Assembly (NCBI GenBank): GCA_964016885.1
Contig: OZ024763.1
Coordinates: 6,820,001-6,884,000 of the forward strand
DNA length: 64,000 bases
Direction: 5' to 3'
From: Eledone cirrhosa
Taxonomy: Eukaryota
The notes under the pieces were generated by a model that saw only the letters and a program-made list of their open reading frames with translations, did no database searches and was not told the DNA's origin. The first letter of the stretch is position 1. Each line of letters begins with the position of its first letter. The translations under genes were made by a program, and so were the position numbers. Shown in pieces: positions 1-14,823 of the stretch.

Positions 1-297
1 ATACATATATATAATGTATATATATACATATATATATAATCTTTTACATCCCTATAGTTAATTTAGTTGGCAATCAATATTTATCATTGATTGACCAACG
101 GTTAAAAATATAGATATAAATATATATATATAGTCTATGAAAGTTCTTTCATCACACACCCGTGACATCATCAATGGTATTGTTTCCTCCCCTTGTATAG
201 GAATGTCTATTCCATTTTTTTAATTATTTATGTCTCTGTTTGCGCATGCGTTTGGTGTACTAATAAGAAATGTGTTATATGTATAATAAATCTACAA

Positions 298-405
298 ATA
301 AATTGTAAAACTAGAATTGTAGTCTATAGCATAAGATGTACAGAGGGTACTTGCAGAAACATGACAACGACATACATAGGAGAGACAGCTCGGAACATAG
401 CGGAG
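298..405 (+). pseudogene. Penelope-like element GIY-YIG endonuclease fragment
   Basis: Translates INCKTRIVVYSIRCTEGTCRNMTTTYIGETARNIAE, matching the PLE pattern C-x-T-x-x-VVY-x-I-x-C...C...YIGET-x-R. Similarity stops after about 36 codons. Confidence 0.75.
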
Positions 406-907
406 GGAACTACCAACGCCGGCTCAATGTCGCTAGCTCAACTATCAACGCCGAATCACTCTCTCAATCTCATTATCCTTCCCTTTCTCTTTACACGAGA
501 GTTAGCCAAGCGTGTCAATTCGTTGAATTTCCAGAACTGCACGAATAGGCTTGCTCTTTTGTGTTTTGCTGCAATAGTCTTTAGACCAAAACGTTATCTG
601 ATCTCAAAAGACCAGCATCCATTGTTACCAGTGCCAATAAAACAACAACTAAACACAACAAACAACACAGAACACACGACAGATAATACACGATAGACAG
701 TCAACAGACAGGCAGTGTCGTCATCCATTTTATCAATACACAGACCTAAGAGACGCTTCAAGTATTGTTTGAGGTCACGTAAAAAAATATCCTCATTGTT
801 GCCACTGTTCGTATGGCTGTGTCTAGGTTTGAGTGGTATTGGAGGGGTGGAGTGGCAGGAGGGTGAAGGAAGGGGTTGGGATAGAGTGGTGTGTGTGAGG
901 TTGTATT

Positions 908-977
908 GCGTATATATATATATATACATACATGTATATATATATATATACATAGTAATAATAATAAATTTTAATAA

Positions 978-1008
<31 letters not shown>

Positions 1009-1107
1009 TATATTTACATATATACATACATATATATATATATACATACATGTATATATGTGTATATATACATATATATATATACACATATATATATATT
1101 TACATAT

Positions 1108-1156
<49 letters not shown>

Positions 1157-2183
1157 CATACATTTATATATAGATATACATAATATATACAGATAATATA
1201 TTTAATTGTGGATGTACGTTATGCTTATGTATATATGTGTGTGTGTGAATATCTGTATATGTGTGTGTGAATATGTGTATATGTGTGTGAATATGTGTAT
1301 ATATGTGTATATATGTGTGTGAATATGTGTATATGTGTGTGTGAATATGTGTATATATGTGTGTGAATATGTGTATATGTGTGTGTGAATATGTGTATAT
1401 GTGTGTGAATATGTGTATATGTGTGTGTGTGTGAATATGTGTATATGTGTATATGTGTGTGTGTTAATATGTGTATATGTGTGTGTTAATATGTGTATAT
1501 GTGTGTGTGAATATCTGTATATGTGTGTGTGAATATGTGTATATGTGTGTGTTAATGTGTATATGTGTGTGTTAATATGTGTATATGTGTGTGTGAATAT
1601 GTGTATATGTGTGTGTTAATATGTGTATGTGTGTGTGTGTTAATATGTGTATGTGTGTGTGTGAATGTGTATGTGTGTGTGTGAATGTGTATGTGTGTGT
1701 GTGTGAATATGTGTATATGTGTGTGTAAATATGTGTATGTGTGTGTGTGTGTAAATATGTGTATATGTGTGTGTAAATATGTGTATATGTGTGTGTAAAT
1801 GTGTGTATATGTGTGTGTGAATGTGTGTATATGTGTGTGTGAATGTGTGTATATGTGTGTGTGAATGTGTGTATATGTGTGTGTGAATGTGTGTATATGT
1901 GTGTGTGAATATGTGTGTATGTATGTATGTGTGTGTGAATATGTGTATATGTGTGTGTGAATATGTGTATATGTGTGTGTGAAAAATGTGTGTATGTGTG
2001 TGTGAATATGTGTGTGTGTGTGTTCTAGCCGTTTGATCGACTTGAAATTGACTGATTAAAGAAAAGAGAGCTGGAGGGTGAGACAATGATGGAGCCGATG
2101 ATGATGATGATGATAATAATAATGACGGCCATGGTGGTTGTGCTGGTGATGATATTTCGGAAATCTTTTTTTTATTTATTAAA

Positions 2184-2227
<44 letters not shown>

Positions 2228-2272
2228 TATATATATACATATATATATATACATACATATATAAACACACAC

Positions 2273-2339
<67 letters not shown>

Positions 2340-2356
2340 CATACATATATAAATAT

Positions 2357-2387
<31 letters not shown>

Positions 2388-2564
2388 GTCTCGTTTGTAA
2401 TCAACTTGAGACTGTTGAGTGGTGAATAACAAACGAGATCGTAATTCAAACAAAATAAGTCGTCCATTTTGTTTCGGTTACAAGTAAAGCACTTCAAAAG
2501 ATTATTTTTATTCTCTTATAACAATACATATATATATATACGTATATATATATATATACATACA

Positions 2565-2598
<34 letters not shown>

Positions 2599-2744
2599 CA
2601 TATATATATATACATATATATATATATACATATATATATACATATATATACATACATATATACATACATATATATATACATATATATATACATACATATA
2701 TATATACATACATATATATATACATACATATATATATACATATA

Positions 2745-2806
<62 letters not shown>

Positions 2807-2880
2807 CAGACATATATATATACATATATATATATATATACAGACATATATATATGTGTGTATATATATATATATACATA

Positions 2881-2920
<40 letters not shown>

Positions 2921-3032
2921 AATATTGTTATATATACATAGATATCTATATATTATTCTATCATATATATATATGTATATATATTTATATATATTGTGTT
3001 ATCATATATATATATATGTATATATATTGTTG

Positions 3033-3065
<33 letters not shown>

Positions 3066-3899
3066 ATATATATATATATATATATATATTGTGTTATATA
3101 TATATATATGTATATGTATATACATTGTTGTATATATATATATATCTATATATATATATATATATATATATATAGATATATGTATATGTATATATATTGT
3201 TGTATATATATGTATGTAGACAGTGACACAACACTTAGTGTAGTGAATAATAGCAACAATAGTAATGACTGCAACAACAACAACAACAACCAAAGAAGAA
3301 GACATTCCTATGAACGACGTTGTTGAAGTCAACTCTGGACCTATGTTAATCACACAACAACCATAACAACAACAACAAACATAACAACCATAACAACAAC
3401 AACAAACATAACAAACATAACAACACATAACAACAACAAACATAACAAACATAACAACAAACAACAACCATAACAACAAACATAACAACCATAACAACAA
3501 CCATAACAACAACCATAACAACAACAACCATAACAACAACCATAACAACAACCATAACAACAACAACCATAACAACAACAACCATAACAACAACCATAAC
3601 AACGACAACCATAACAACCATAACAACAACCATAACAACAATAAACATAACAACCACAGAAGCAGGAACAACAGTAATGATAACAATATCAAGTATAACA
3701 ACAACAGTAACGATAATATCAACCATAACAACAAAAACTATAATAACAATAACAACAACAACAACCATAAGAACTACAACAACAATAACAGTAGGAACAG
3801 TAACAACAATAACGACAGCAACAACTACATGATCGATTTGAAATCAATAACCACAATAGCAAAATAAACAGTTCTATATTTCTTATCAAAGTCACATAC

Positions 3900-3932
<33 letters not shown>

Positions 3933-4790
3933 CATATATACACACATATACACACACATATATATATATGCACATATATACACATATATACCCATACATA
4001 CACGCATACACATATATATATATATACACATATATACACACACATACATATATATATATACATATATATACACATACATACACACACATATAAATATACA
4101 TACACACACATATATACACATACATTCATACACACACTACACACACACCCACATACACACATACACACACTTCACACACACCCACATACACACATACACA
4201 CACAAACACACACTACACACATACACACACTTCACACACAAACACACTACACACATACACACACTTCACACACATACACACACTTCACACACAAACACAC
4301 ACTTCACACACTACACACATACACACACTTCACACACACACACTACACACATACACACACTTCACACACACATACACACTACACACATACACACACTTCA
4401 CACACTACACACATACACACACTTCACACACACACTACACACATACACACACTTCACACACACACACACTTCACACACAAACACACTACACACATACACA
4501 CACTTCACACACAAACACACACTTCACACACTACACACACTTCACACACTACACACATACACACACTTCACACACACACACACACACTACACACATACAC
4601 ACACTTCACACACACACACACACTACACACATACACACACTTCACACACACATACACACTACACACATACACACACTTCACACACACATACACACTACAC
4701 ACATACACACACTTCACACACACATACACACTACACACACACACACACTTCACACACACACACATACACACTACACACATACACACACAT
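908..4790. repeat. Compound microsatellite field ((TA)n, (TG)n, (CAA)n/ATAACA, (CA)n variants)
   Basis: Directly visible simple repeats. ORFs here are YI/HT/CV low-complexity translations. Confidence 0.95.
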
Positions 4791-5310
4791 TGAAATACGT
4801 CAATGTTGGCAAGAGAGATGCAACAACGACTACAAGAGTTCGTGTGTGGGGGGGGGGGTGAAGGTGGGAGCAGGGAGAGGAAGGAGTGTGTGGGGGGGGA
4901 GTGGGGGGGTGTTAGGACATGCAACGAGGGGGCGTGGAGATGGTGGAGGCGGTGGCGGTGGTGGTCCAGAAGGTTCCAGATGAAATCCAATGGCTACGTG
5001 ACAATACTGGCTTTGGGAAGTCATACAAGGCGTCTACTTGGTTTCGTGTAATAATCTTACACACACACACACACACACACACGCAGACGCACACGCACGC
5101 ACACACACGCACACACACACGCACACGCGCACACGCACACGCACGCACACACGCGCACACGCGCACACACACACACACACATGCACACACACACTCACAT
5201 GCACACACACACACACACGCAAACACACACACGCACACACGCACACACGCACACACGCGCGCACACGCACACACGCACACACACGCACACACATACGCAC
5301 ACGCACACAC

Positions 5311-5343
<33 letters not shown>

Positions 5344-5538
5344 CTTCATTGAACAGGAGGTCAAATCGGAATGACCAGATCTAGTCATTAGCTAAACCAT
5401 CCAACACACACACACACACACACACACGTGTATGTATATATAAGGAACGATCGACTTTCGTCAAATCGGACCGAGGAAACAGTGTTTCCATTGGTCTTTC
5501 CAATTGCTAATGCTATCTATCGGTCGCAACTCCATGTA

Positions 5539-5585
<47 letters not shown>

Positions 5586-5834
5586 CCTTATCGTGCTCTC
5601 TTCGGATTTTGGTCTTCATAATGATTATTACTATATATGTATACGTGTGTGTATGTGTGTGTGTGTGTGTGTATGTGTGTATGTGTGTGTGTGTAAGTGT
5701 TAATCAATGAAAGAGTGAGAAGAAAAAGGTTTTACGGTCGTTTCAGGGAACAAATTTAACGACATTCAGACTAATGGCGCACCTACGACTCCAACAACAG
5801 TTAAGTGCCCCTTTTATCTGTTCTTCCTTGTTTA

Positions 5835-5875
<41 letters not shown>

Positions 5876-5886
5876 TCAAAATCTAT

Positions 5887-6087
5887 AAAGGCGGTGGATT
5901 GGCAGTATCGGTAGAGAGTCGGACGCCATGCTTTCTGGCATAGTTCCGTCCCTTTACAGACTGAGTTCAAATCCCGCCGGGGTTAACTTTACCTTTCATC
6001 CTAACGGGGTCGATAAAATAAAGTACCAGTAATGTACTGTTATGTAATGGTAATTGCTGGCTTTATGCCAAATGTAGAAACAATTAT
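5887..6087 (+). mobile_element. tRNA-derived SINE (family A), near full length
   Basis: Head with A-box-like tggcagtatcgg and B-box gagttcaaatccc, core gttaactttacctttcatcc...ggggtcgataaaataaagtaccagt, tail gtagaaacaattatt. Recurs many times in the window. Confidence 0.9.
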
Positions 6088-6542
6088 TTTAAAATCTATA
6101 TGTTTCCAACTTGCAATTCCCAAACACAAAATATATATTTCACTGCAGAAAACACTGCAACGAAACAACTTTCACTGCACAACACACTGCAGAACACACT
6201 GCTGCAATGAAACACATTTCACTGCACAGAATATTGGTGCAACTTTCAGAGCTTCGATGTCAAATTGCACAACATTGCACAGAGTAGCAATCGTTAAAAA
6301 AAGTAGATAAATATATCTAGTGTTTAGTGGTGCATAAATAAATATTACACATCACATGTTGCACATCTTGTGCTGCACATCCGATATTTGCACATCCGAT
6401 ATTTGCACAAATGTAATTCGTCCTTTTAAAGATTTAGAAACAAATTTAAGAATTAAATAAATAAATAAACATAATTGTAGGTTTATACTCCTCTGATATA
6501 TATATATATATATATATATGAGAATGATGTTGAAGTGTGTAT

Positions 6543-6573
<31 letters not shown>

Positions 6574-6653
6574 TATTTCGTCTGAGCAATAATGGAAAAC
6601 TATCGTTTTAACACCAGCACCACCATTTTCCTCCTAATCTATTTCACATCATT

Positions 6654-8008
6654 ACCAGCACCACCACCACCACCACCACCACACACCATATATACACCAC
6701 CACCACTCACACTACCACCACCACCACCACACACCATATATACACCACCACCACTCACACTACCACCACCACCACCACACACCATATACACACCACCACC
6801 ACTCACACTACCACCACCACCACCACACACCATATACACACCACCACTATCACCACCAGCACCACCACCACCACACACCATATATACACCACCACCACTC
6901 ACACTACCACCACCACCACCACACACCATATACACACCACCACTATCACTACCACCACCACCACCACCACACACCATATATACACCACCACCACTCACAC
7001 TACCACCACCACCACCACACACCATATACAGACCACCACTATCACCACCAGCACCACCACCACTACCAGCACCACCACCACCACCACCACACACCATATA
7101 CAGACCACCACTATCACCACCAGCACCACCACCACTACCATCACCACCACCACCACCACCACCACACACCATATATACACCACCACCACTCACACTACCA
7201 CCACCACCACCACACACCATATACACACCACCACTATCACCACCACCACCACCACCACCACACACCATATATACACCACCACCACTCACACTACCACCAC
7301 CACCACCACACACCATATACACACCACCACTATCACCACCAGCACCACCACCACCACACACCATATATACACCACCACCACTCACACTACCACCACCACC
7401 ACCACACACCATATACACACCACCACTATCACTACCACCACCACCACCACCACACACCATATATACACCACCACCACTCACACTACCACCACCACCACCA
7501 CACACCATATACAGACCACCACTATCACCACCAGCACCACCACCACTACCAGCACCACCACCACCACCACCACACACCATATACAGACCACCACTATCAC
7601 CACCAGCACCACCACCACTACCATCACCACCACCACCACCACCACCACACACCATATATACACCACCACCACTCACACTACCACCACCACCACCACACAC
7701 CATATACACACCACCACTATCACCACCACCACCACCACCACCACACACCATATATACACCACCACCACTCACACTACCACCACCACCACCACACACCATA
7801 TACACACCACCACTATCACTACCACCACCACCACCACCACACACCATATATACACCACCACCACTCACACTACCACCACCACCACCACACACCATATACA
7901 GACCACCACTATCACCACCAGCACCACCACCACTACCATCACCACCACCACCACCACCACACACCATATATACACCACCACCACTAACACTACCACCACC
8001 ACCCACCC
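6654..8008. repeat. (CCA)n-derived minisatellite, ~42-48 bp units, with an internal ~483 bp duplication
   Basis: Units such as ccaccacacaccatatatacaccaccaccactcacacta. Identical ORFs at 6995-7189 and 7478-7672 give the 483 bp offset. Confidence 0.9.
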
Positions 8009-8289
8009 CCTCCTTTCACATTCGTCTGCTACTTCCTGCTACTTACATTATCGCCCCCCTCCTCCCCATCATCAACTGCTTTTATTCAATCAACCTCTTC
8101 CTACTCCTCCAGTTTCACCTTCAGTCACTTCCGCTCCTCCTCCTCCTCCTCCTCCTCCTCCACCTCATCATCCCCCCCTCCTACCTCCACTCCACCCCCT
8201 TCTAACCCCCAACCCTCCTACCTCCACCTCTTACCCTTCAATTTCTTAAATCCTGATTTATTTAATTCTGTTGTTGTTGATTTGGCTGC

Positions 8290-8883
8290 AGTTGTTGTTG
8301 TTGTTGTGGTGGAGATGGCGGAGATAATGATGGTGGTGGTGGAGGTGATGGTGGTGGAGATAATGGTGGTGGTGGTGGAGGTGATGGTGGTGGAGATAAT
8401 GGTGGTGGTGGTGGAGGTGATGGTGGTGGAGATAATGGTGGTGGTGGTGGAGGTGGTGGAGATAATGGTGGAGATAATGATGGTGGTGGTGGTGGTGGTG
8501 GGGAGATAACGACGGTGATGGTGGTGGTGCTGGTGGTGGAGGTGCTGGTGGTGGGGGAGATAACGACGGTGATGTTGGTGGGGGAGATGATGGTTGATGG
8601 TGGTGGTGGTGGTGATAATGGTGGTGGTGGTGGTGGTGATAATGGTGGTGGTGGTGATAATGATGGTGATGGTGGTGGTGGTGGGGGAGATAACGACGGT
8701 GGTGGTGGTGGTGGTGGAGATGATGGTGATGGTGGTGGTGGAGATGATGGTGGTGGAGATAATGGTGATGGTGGTGGAGATGATGGTGGTGGTGGTGGAG
8801 ATAACGACGGTGGTGGTGGTGGTGGAGATGATGGTGGTGGTGGTGGTGGAGATGATGGTGGTGGTGGTGGTGGTGGTGGTGGT
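8290..8883. repeat. (GGT)n-rich degenerate tandem repeat
   Basis: ggtggtggagataat/ggaggtgat units. Confidence 0.9.
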
Positions 8884-8992
8884 TTCAATCACTACCTCCA
8901 TCATTTCCCTTCCTTCTCTATATTCCCTTCTCCCTCCTCTTCACTTTCTATGATCACCAATCACTTATCAGGAGAAATCAACTGGCAAATTA

Positions 8993-9034
<42 letters not shown>

Positions 9035-9077
9035 CACGCGCGCATATATATATATATACATATATACGTATATATAC

Positions 9078-9108
<31 letters not shown>

Positions 9109-9121
9109 CACACACATATAT

Positions 9122-9154
<33 letters not shown>

Positions 9155-9193
9155 CGTATATATACATATATATATACATATACACACACATAT

Positions 9194-9228
<35 letters not shown>

Positions 9229-9449
9229 CAAACACATATACACATATATAGATATACACATAAAAATATATGTATATATACACACACACACACATATATT
9301 TTTATATATATATATATATATATGCATACACACACACACATATACTTTTATATATATATATATATATGCATACACATACACACATATATTTTTATATATA
9401 TATATATATATGCATACACATACACACATATATTTTTATATATATATAT

Positions 9450-9506
<57 letters not shown>

Positions 9507-9681
9507 TATACATATATACGTATATATACATATATATATACATATACACACACATATACACATATATATATATATATACAAACACATATACACATAGATA
9601 TACACATAAAAATATATGTATATATACACACACACACACACGCACACACACATATATTTTTATATATATATATATATGCAT

Positions 9682-9806
<125 letters not shown>

Positions 9807-9808
9807 CG

Positions 9809-10105
<297 letters not shown>

Positions 10106-10288
10106 CAGTGTTAGCTGTTGTGGGTATATTCGGCAGTCTAAATCTCGCAGAATTTAAATATGTTCTGTCTTGCTTGATTGAACTGGAAAATCGCCACAGA
10201 TCGAAAATAATCATTCAGACAACATTCAGATAAATTGGACAAATACTGAGAGACGGACTTAATAGATTGTTAAGGATTATAATGGTGA

Positions 10289-10320
<32 letters not shown>

Positions 10321-10598
10321 GTATATATATATATATGTATATATATGTATATATATATATGTATATATATATGTATATATATATGTATATATACATATAT
10401 ATATGTATATATATATATGTATATATATGTATATATATATATGTATATATATGTATATATATATATATGTATATATCTATATATATATATGTATATATAT
10501 ATATGTATATATATATGTATATATATATGTATATATATATATATATATTATTCAAAATATTAACAAATGAAAAATATTCTCATAATCAAAATATATAC

Positions 10599-10659
10599 TT
10601 TATTATATATATTTCAAAGGCACTGTGTTGTTTTTTCAGTACGTCCTCATCAGACAAAA
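10599..10659 (-). ncRNA. Minimal type-I hammerhead ribozyme motif (mirror copy in left arm)
   Basis: Reverse complement reads uuuugu CUGAUGA ggacguacug...cagugccuuu GAAA uauauau A auaaa. Confidence 0.65.
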
Positions 10660-10949
10660 TATATGATTTGATATGTGACATAGCGCTACGGTCTTGATTG
10701 CTCAATTCCAGTATTGGCAGTGATTTATTTCATCAAATCTCAATGTTTTTATACCACAAATAATATGATAAACTTAAAGAAGAAAAGGAGATAGAGCAAA
10801 CTAGAGATATGAGAGAGGGTGTAAAGAGGAGGAAGGTTTATCATATTATTTGTGGTATAAAAACATTGAGATTTGATGAAATAAATCACTGCCAATACTG
10901 GAATTGAGCAATCAAGACCGTAGCGCTATGTCATATATCAAATCATATA

Positions 10950-11010
10950 TTTTGTCTGATGAGGACGTACTGAAAAAACAACACAGTGCCTCTGAAATAT
11001 ATATAATAAA
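10950..11010 (+). ncRNA. Minimal type-I hammerhead ribozyme motif
   Basis: Stem I uuugu/auaaa, core CUGAUGA (10956-62), stem II ggacguacug/cagugccucu with one C.C mismatch, GAAA (10994-97), palindromic AU stem III, AUA cleavage triplet. Confidence 0.7.
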
Positions 11011-11312
11011 GTATATATTTTGATTATGAAAATATTTTTCATTTGTTAATATTTTGAATAATATTAAAAACTGCAGGGAAACCTTTACTGTTGAGTGCTT
11101 CTAATCTATTGTAAAATTGTATTCATTGAGTATTCAACGAACCATGCTAATCTTTGATCTCATATATATATATATATATATAGATAGATAGATGTATGTA
11201 TGTGTGTGTACATATATATGTGTATGCATATATATATATATATATATTCTATATATATATATACACACAGTATATGTATATATATATATACGTATTTATG
11301 ATAAAATTTGCT

Positions 11313-11392
11313 CTAAACGAAATACTCGTGTCTGAAAGAACCTGCAGAAGTAGAATCAGCCAGATCCATACAGGGACCATGACTCGAGCTAC
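11313..11392 (-). CDS. Candidate terminal coding exon, ...SSSHGPCMDLADSTSAGSFRHEYFV*
   Basis: Unique island. Acceptor ttgtttcgccggcag|GT. The phase-1 reading ends in EYFV-stop, resembling class II PDZ-binding tails. Confidence 0.35.
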
Positions 11393-11462
11393 CTGCCGGC
11401 GAAACAATTCTAACACGCAATAAATTAAGTCCAGATGCATCACTGATTTTTCGTTTTCTTTA

Positions 11463-11525
<63 letters not shown>

Positions 11526-11625
11526 GTATTTCCGTCAGAAAGGTACAGGAAAAAAGAGTGCTCTATGTAGGCTACAGAGCCTATTAGTTATGTAATAAAC
11601 AACATAAGATAATTATTTCATTTAC

Positions 11626-11658
11626 CAGTGGTTTCTTGAAGACAGATGTTGTGTCTGT
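11626..11658 (-). CDS. Candidate 33-nt internal exon (xRHNICLQETTG)
   Basis: Upstream T-tract then aag acceptor (weak), donor CTG|gtaaat. Phase 1-1 and in frame with 11313-11392. Confidence 0.3.
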
Positions 11659-12150
11659 CTTCAGTCGTTAGAATGAATAAAAAAAACATGGTGTATTTAT
11701 TAAATATGGATTTGAAAACAAAATTTAGGAAATATGAAAGTGAGGCTGAAAAAAAACAGGCGAAAAGGAAAAAGGGGAAAAAAATACAAAATATATATAT
11801 AAAAATATAAATATCCAGAATGTAAACATACACACACTCAACTACGCGCATATACTAAAAAGTACGTAGACGTATACTTTCTCACATAAGCGTATTTGCG
11901 TCTACATAGAAAATGTTCCTGTCCGTTTTTCTATGTAGACGCATATACACATGCACACATACAACTCAAGACATCCACATCCACACATACAATAACATCC
12001 ATATCTACACATGCATGCAGACATATCTACCTAGTTGATGTTGTGTAAATTCCAATGAGAGAGTCTTGTGTCTATGTTAGAAACCGACTCTCTCTTTATT
12101 GGCAAAAAATTGTGAAATTATAAAACCAGAAGAACTAACATACATACATA

Positions 12151-12330
12151 CTTACATGGTGGCTGCCAACTCGTTTTCGAGTACGCCACTACTTTATATC
12201 CATGTAGGAGAACCCCTACCGATGCGCTGAACGAGTGTGACTTTTTAGTCCAGCCAGCGACTTGAAAACTCTGGTACAAACACTACACTTGTGACAATTA
12301 CTGACACATAGTGCTGGGCCCATGGTACCA
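12151..12330 (-). mobile_element. RTE-type LINE 3' end with C2H2 zinc-finger remnant
   Basis: Minus strand encodes CSVCTRVFKSLAGLKSHTRSAHR*. The 3' UTR gtggcgtactcgaaaacgagttggcagccacc+(atgt)n matches the tail at ~47005-47040. Confidence 0.75.
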
Positions 12331-12573
12331 TCTGATGACAAGTGCAGAGAGATCTCCAGTTATAAAGCAATGCCTGTGTCGTGAAGCTTTTATAGTGAGC
12401 AAAGGCACTGCACAAAGCCAGTCCCACTCTCTTAACCAAGATGATATTTACCAAAAAGAAGAACAAGTCAACATCATTGGATACCATCAGGGTTGCAGGT
12501 GTTATATCAGAGTTTTCCTTCTAGAATTCTGCCTTGACATACTTACTTACATATACATACATACATTCATACA

Positions 12574-12606
<33 letters not shown>

Positions 12607-12745
12607 CTATACATACATACATATATATAAAATACATACATACATACATATATATAAAATACATACATACATGTACACATACATACATGATACATGCATA
12701 CATGCATACATATATACATTCCTATATACATATATAAATACATAC

Positions 12746-12778
<33 letters not shown>

Positions 12779-13554
12779 TACATACACACACACATACATA
12801 CACATAAACACATACATACATACATATAACGACGACAACCACAAACACAGATATAGAAAAAAACGTTGCTGTTGGATTCTAAGATGGTAATTAATGGATA
12901 AATGGATTTTTTTATTAACTAATTAACTAATTAAATTAAATTAAATTAAATTAAATTAATTAACGAATGGTTTCCTACTTAAATTAATGGCCAAATATTG
13001 GAGATGTCAATTGTTGAAAGAATCTAGGGCTGTGATTGAGGAGTGTGTTGAATTATTGGAAATACGGAGTGGTGGTGTGTAGGGGGGGGGGGTAATGTAT
13101 TGGTGTTAATAATAGTAATAATAATATATTAGTAATATTAATAATATTAGTAATATTAATAATATTAGTAATAATATTGATGATAATAATATAGTAATAA
13201 TAATTGTAATAATAATTATGAAGGAGGGAGAAGAGAAAAGATACGGAGAGAAAAGAAAATGAAAAAGGAAAGAAAAGAATAAAGAAAAAGGAGCGAAGGA
13301 AGGAGAAAAGAGAAAAAAGAAAAAAGAAAAAAGAAAAACGAAAAAGAAAGAAAGAAAAACGAAAAAAGGAAAACGAAAAAGAAGAAAAAAGACAAAGAAG
13401 AAACAACAAAAAAGAAGGGCGGAAGAAGAAAGAAGAAAAAGAAAAGGGCTAAGAAGAAAAAGGAAAAGAAAAAGAAGAAAAATAAAGAAAACCATTAATT
13501 GTTTCTAATATAGGCACAAGACCAGCAATTTTTTTAAAATTTTTTTTATTTTTA

Positions 13555-13770
13555 GGGAAGAGAGGAAGGGAGTACTCACTCTTGGTGCTCCTTGAGATGA
13601 GGGTTGTACATTTTTTCGGGGTGTGTACAACCCCTGTGTAACCACCCCCTATTGGGGATTTCAATTGTTATTTGTTGTTTTATTAATAGTTTTATTTTCA
13701 TATACCTGTATGTAAACTCCCCATTTGTGTTTGTCCCCTTCTTTTGTGCCCCTGTGGCTAATAAAGAAAT

Positions 13771-13832
<62 letters not shown>

Positions 13833-14005
13833 GGGTGTGTGCGACCCACGTGTGCGACCCCCTCCCTATTGAGGACTTCGATTGTTTAATTGTATTTGTT
13901 ATACTTTTTACACGTCCTTTAAATGTATGTAAAACCCCCACCCTTGTATTTGTCCCTTTCTTTTGTGCCCTGGTGGCAAATAAATAGAAACTTATCTATC
14001 TATAT
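13555..14005 (+). mobile_element. Two tandem LINE 3' ends (L1/Tx1-like) with AATAAA and (ATCT)n tails
   Basis: Both end ...tgtatgtaaa..cccc..ttgt.tttgtccc.ttcttttgtgccc..gtggc.aataaa...atct. A related copy lies at 25690-25975. Confidence 0.6.
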
Positions 14006-14238
14006 ATCGATCTACCCCCCCCCCCCCCCTCCCTCTCTCTATATATATATATCTCCCATCCATAGATACATATATTTACCTCCGCCACCAACACAACCAT
14101 AACAACAACACCAGCACTAATGATGATCGATCCCATTTATGTAGTCACGCGAGATTGGTTGGGATGTTGGCCAGTGAACCGATCACAATGTGAACTACGT
14201 GGAAATTCAATAAAGGTAATATCGATGAGGTAACTAAC

Positions 14239-14322
14239 TTGGCAGAAGAAGGAGAACAACAACAGCAACTACAACAACAACAACAATAACAACAACTTGG
14301 GTAAAAATTAATGAAATCACAG
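14239..14322 (-). CDS. Candidate 84-nt hydrophobic (TM-like) exon [28 protein letters not shown]
   Basis: Acceptor ttgtattcgttttcctag and donor gttagt, phase 1-1. The Val run comes from a (GTT)n repeat, so it may be coincidental. Confidence 0.22.
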
Positions 14323-14362
14323 CTAGGAAAACGAATACAAGGAATAAAGGATTAAAAGAATA

Positions 14363-14440
<78 letters not shown>

Positions 14441-14789
14441 GTGTGTATATATATATATATACATGTGTGTATATATATATATATACATGTGTGTGTATAT
14501 ATATATATATACATGTGTATATATATATATATATACATATATGTGTATATAAATATATATATATATATATATATGTGTGTATATATATATATATGTGTAT
14601 TTATTAAATAACAGATTAAAGTTTAAGCAAATATATATATATATGTGTATATATATATATATATATACATGTGTGTATATATATATATGTGTGTGTGTGT
14701 GTGTATATATACATATGTGTGTGTGTGTGTATATATATATATACATGTGTGTATGTATATGCATATATATATATATACATATATATGTA

Positions 14790-14823
<34 letters not shown>

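Larger units (their letters stand above)
10545..11064. repeat. Long inverted repeat, 229 bp arms (10545-10773 / 10836-11064), 62 bp purine-rich spacer; Penelope pseudo-LTR-like
   Basis: Arms are reverse complements with about 3 mismatches by eye. Each arm carries a hammerhead motif. Confidence 0.92.

Noticed and set aside
6592-8205. 537-aa extensin-like proline-rich ORF
   Set aside because: (CCA)n-derived minisatellite open on both strands, with no convincing non-repeat domain or splice context.
11892-11948. 17-bp hairpin as a pre-miRNA or terminator
   Set aside because: Lies in repeat-like context. No evidence beyond the inverted repeat.
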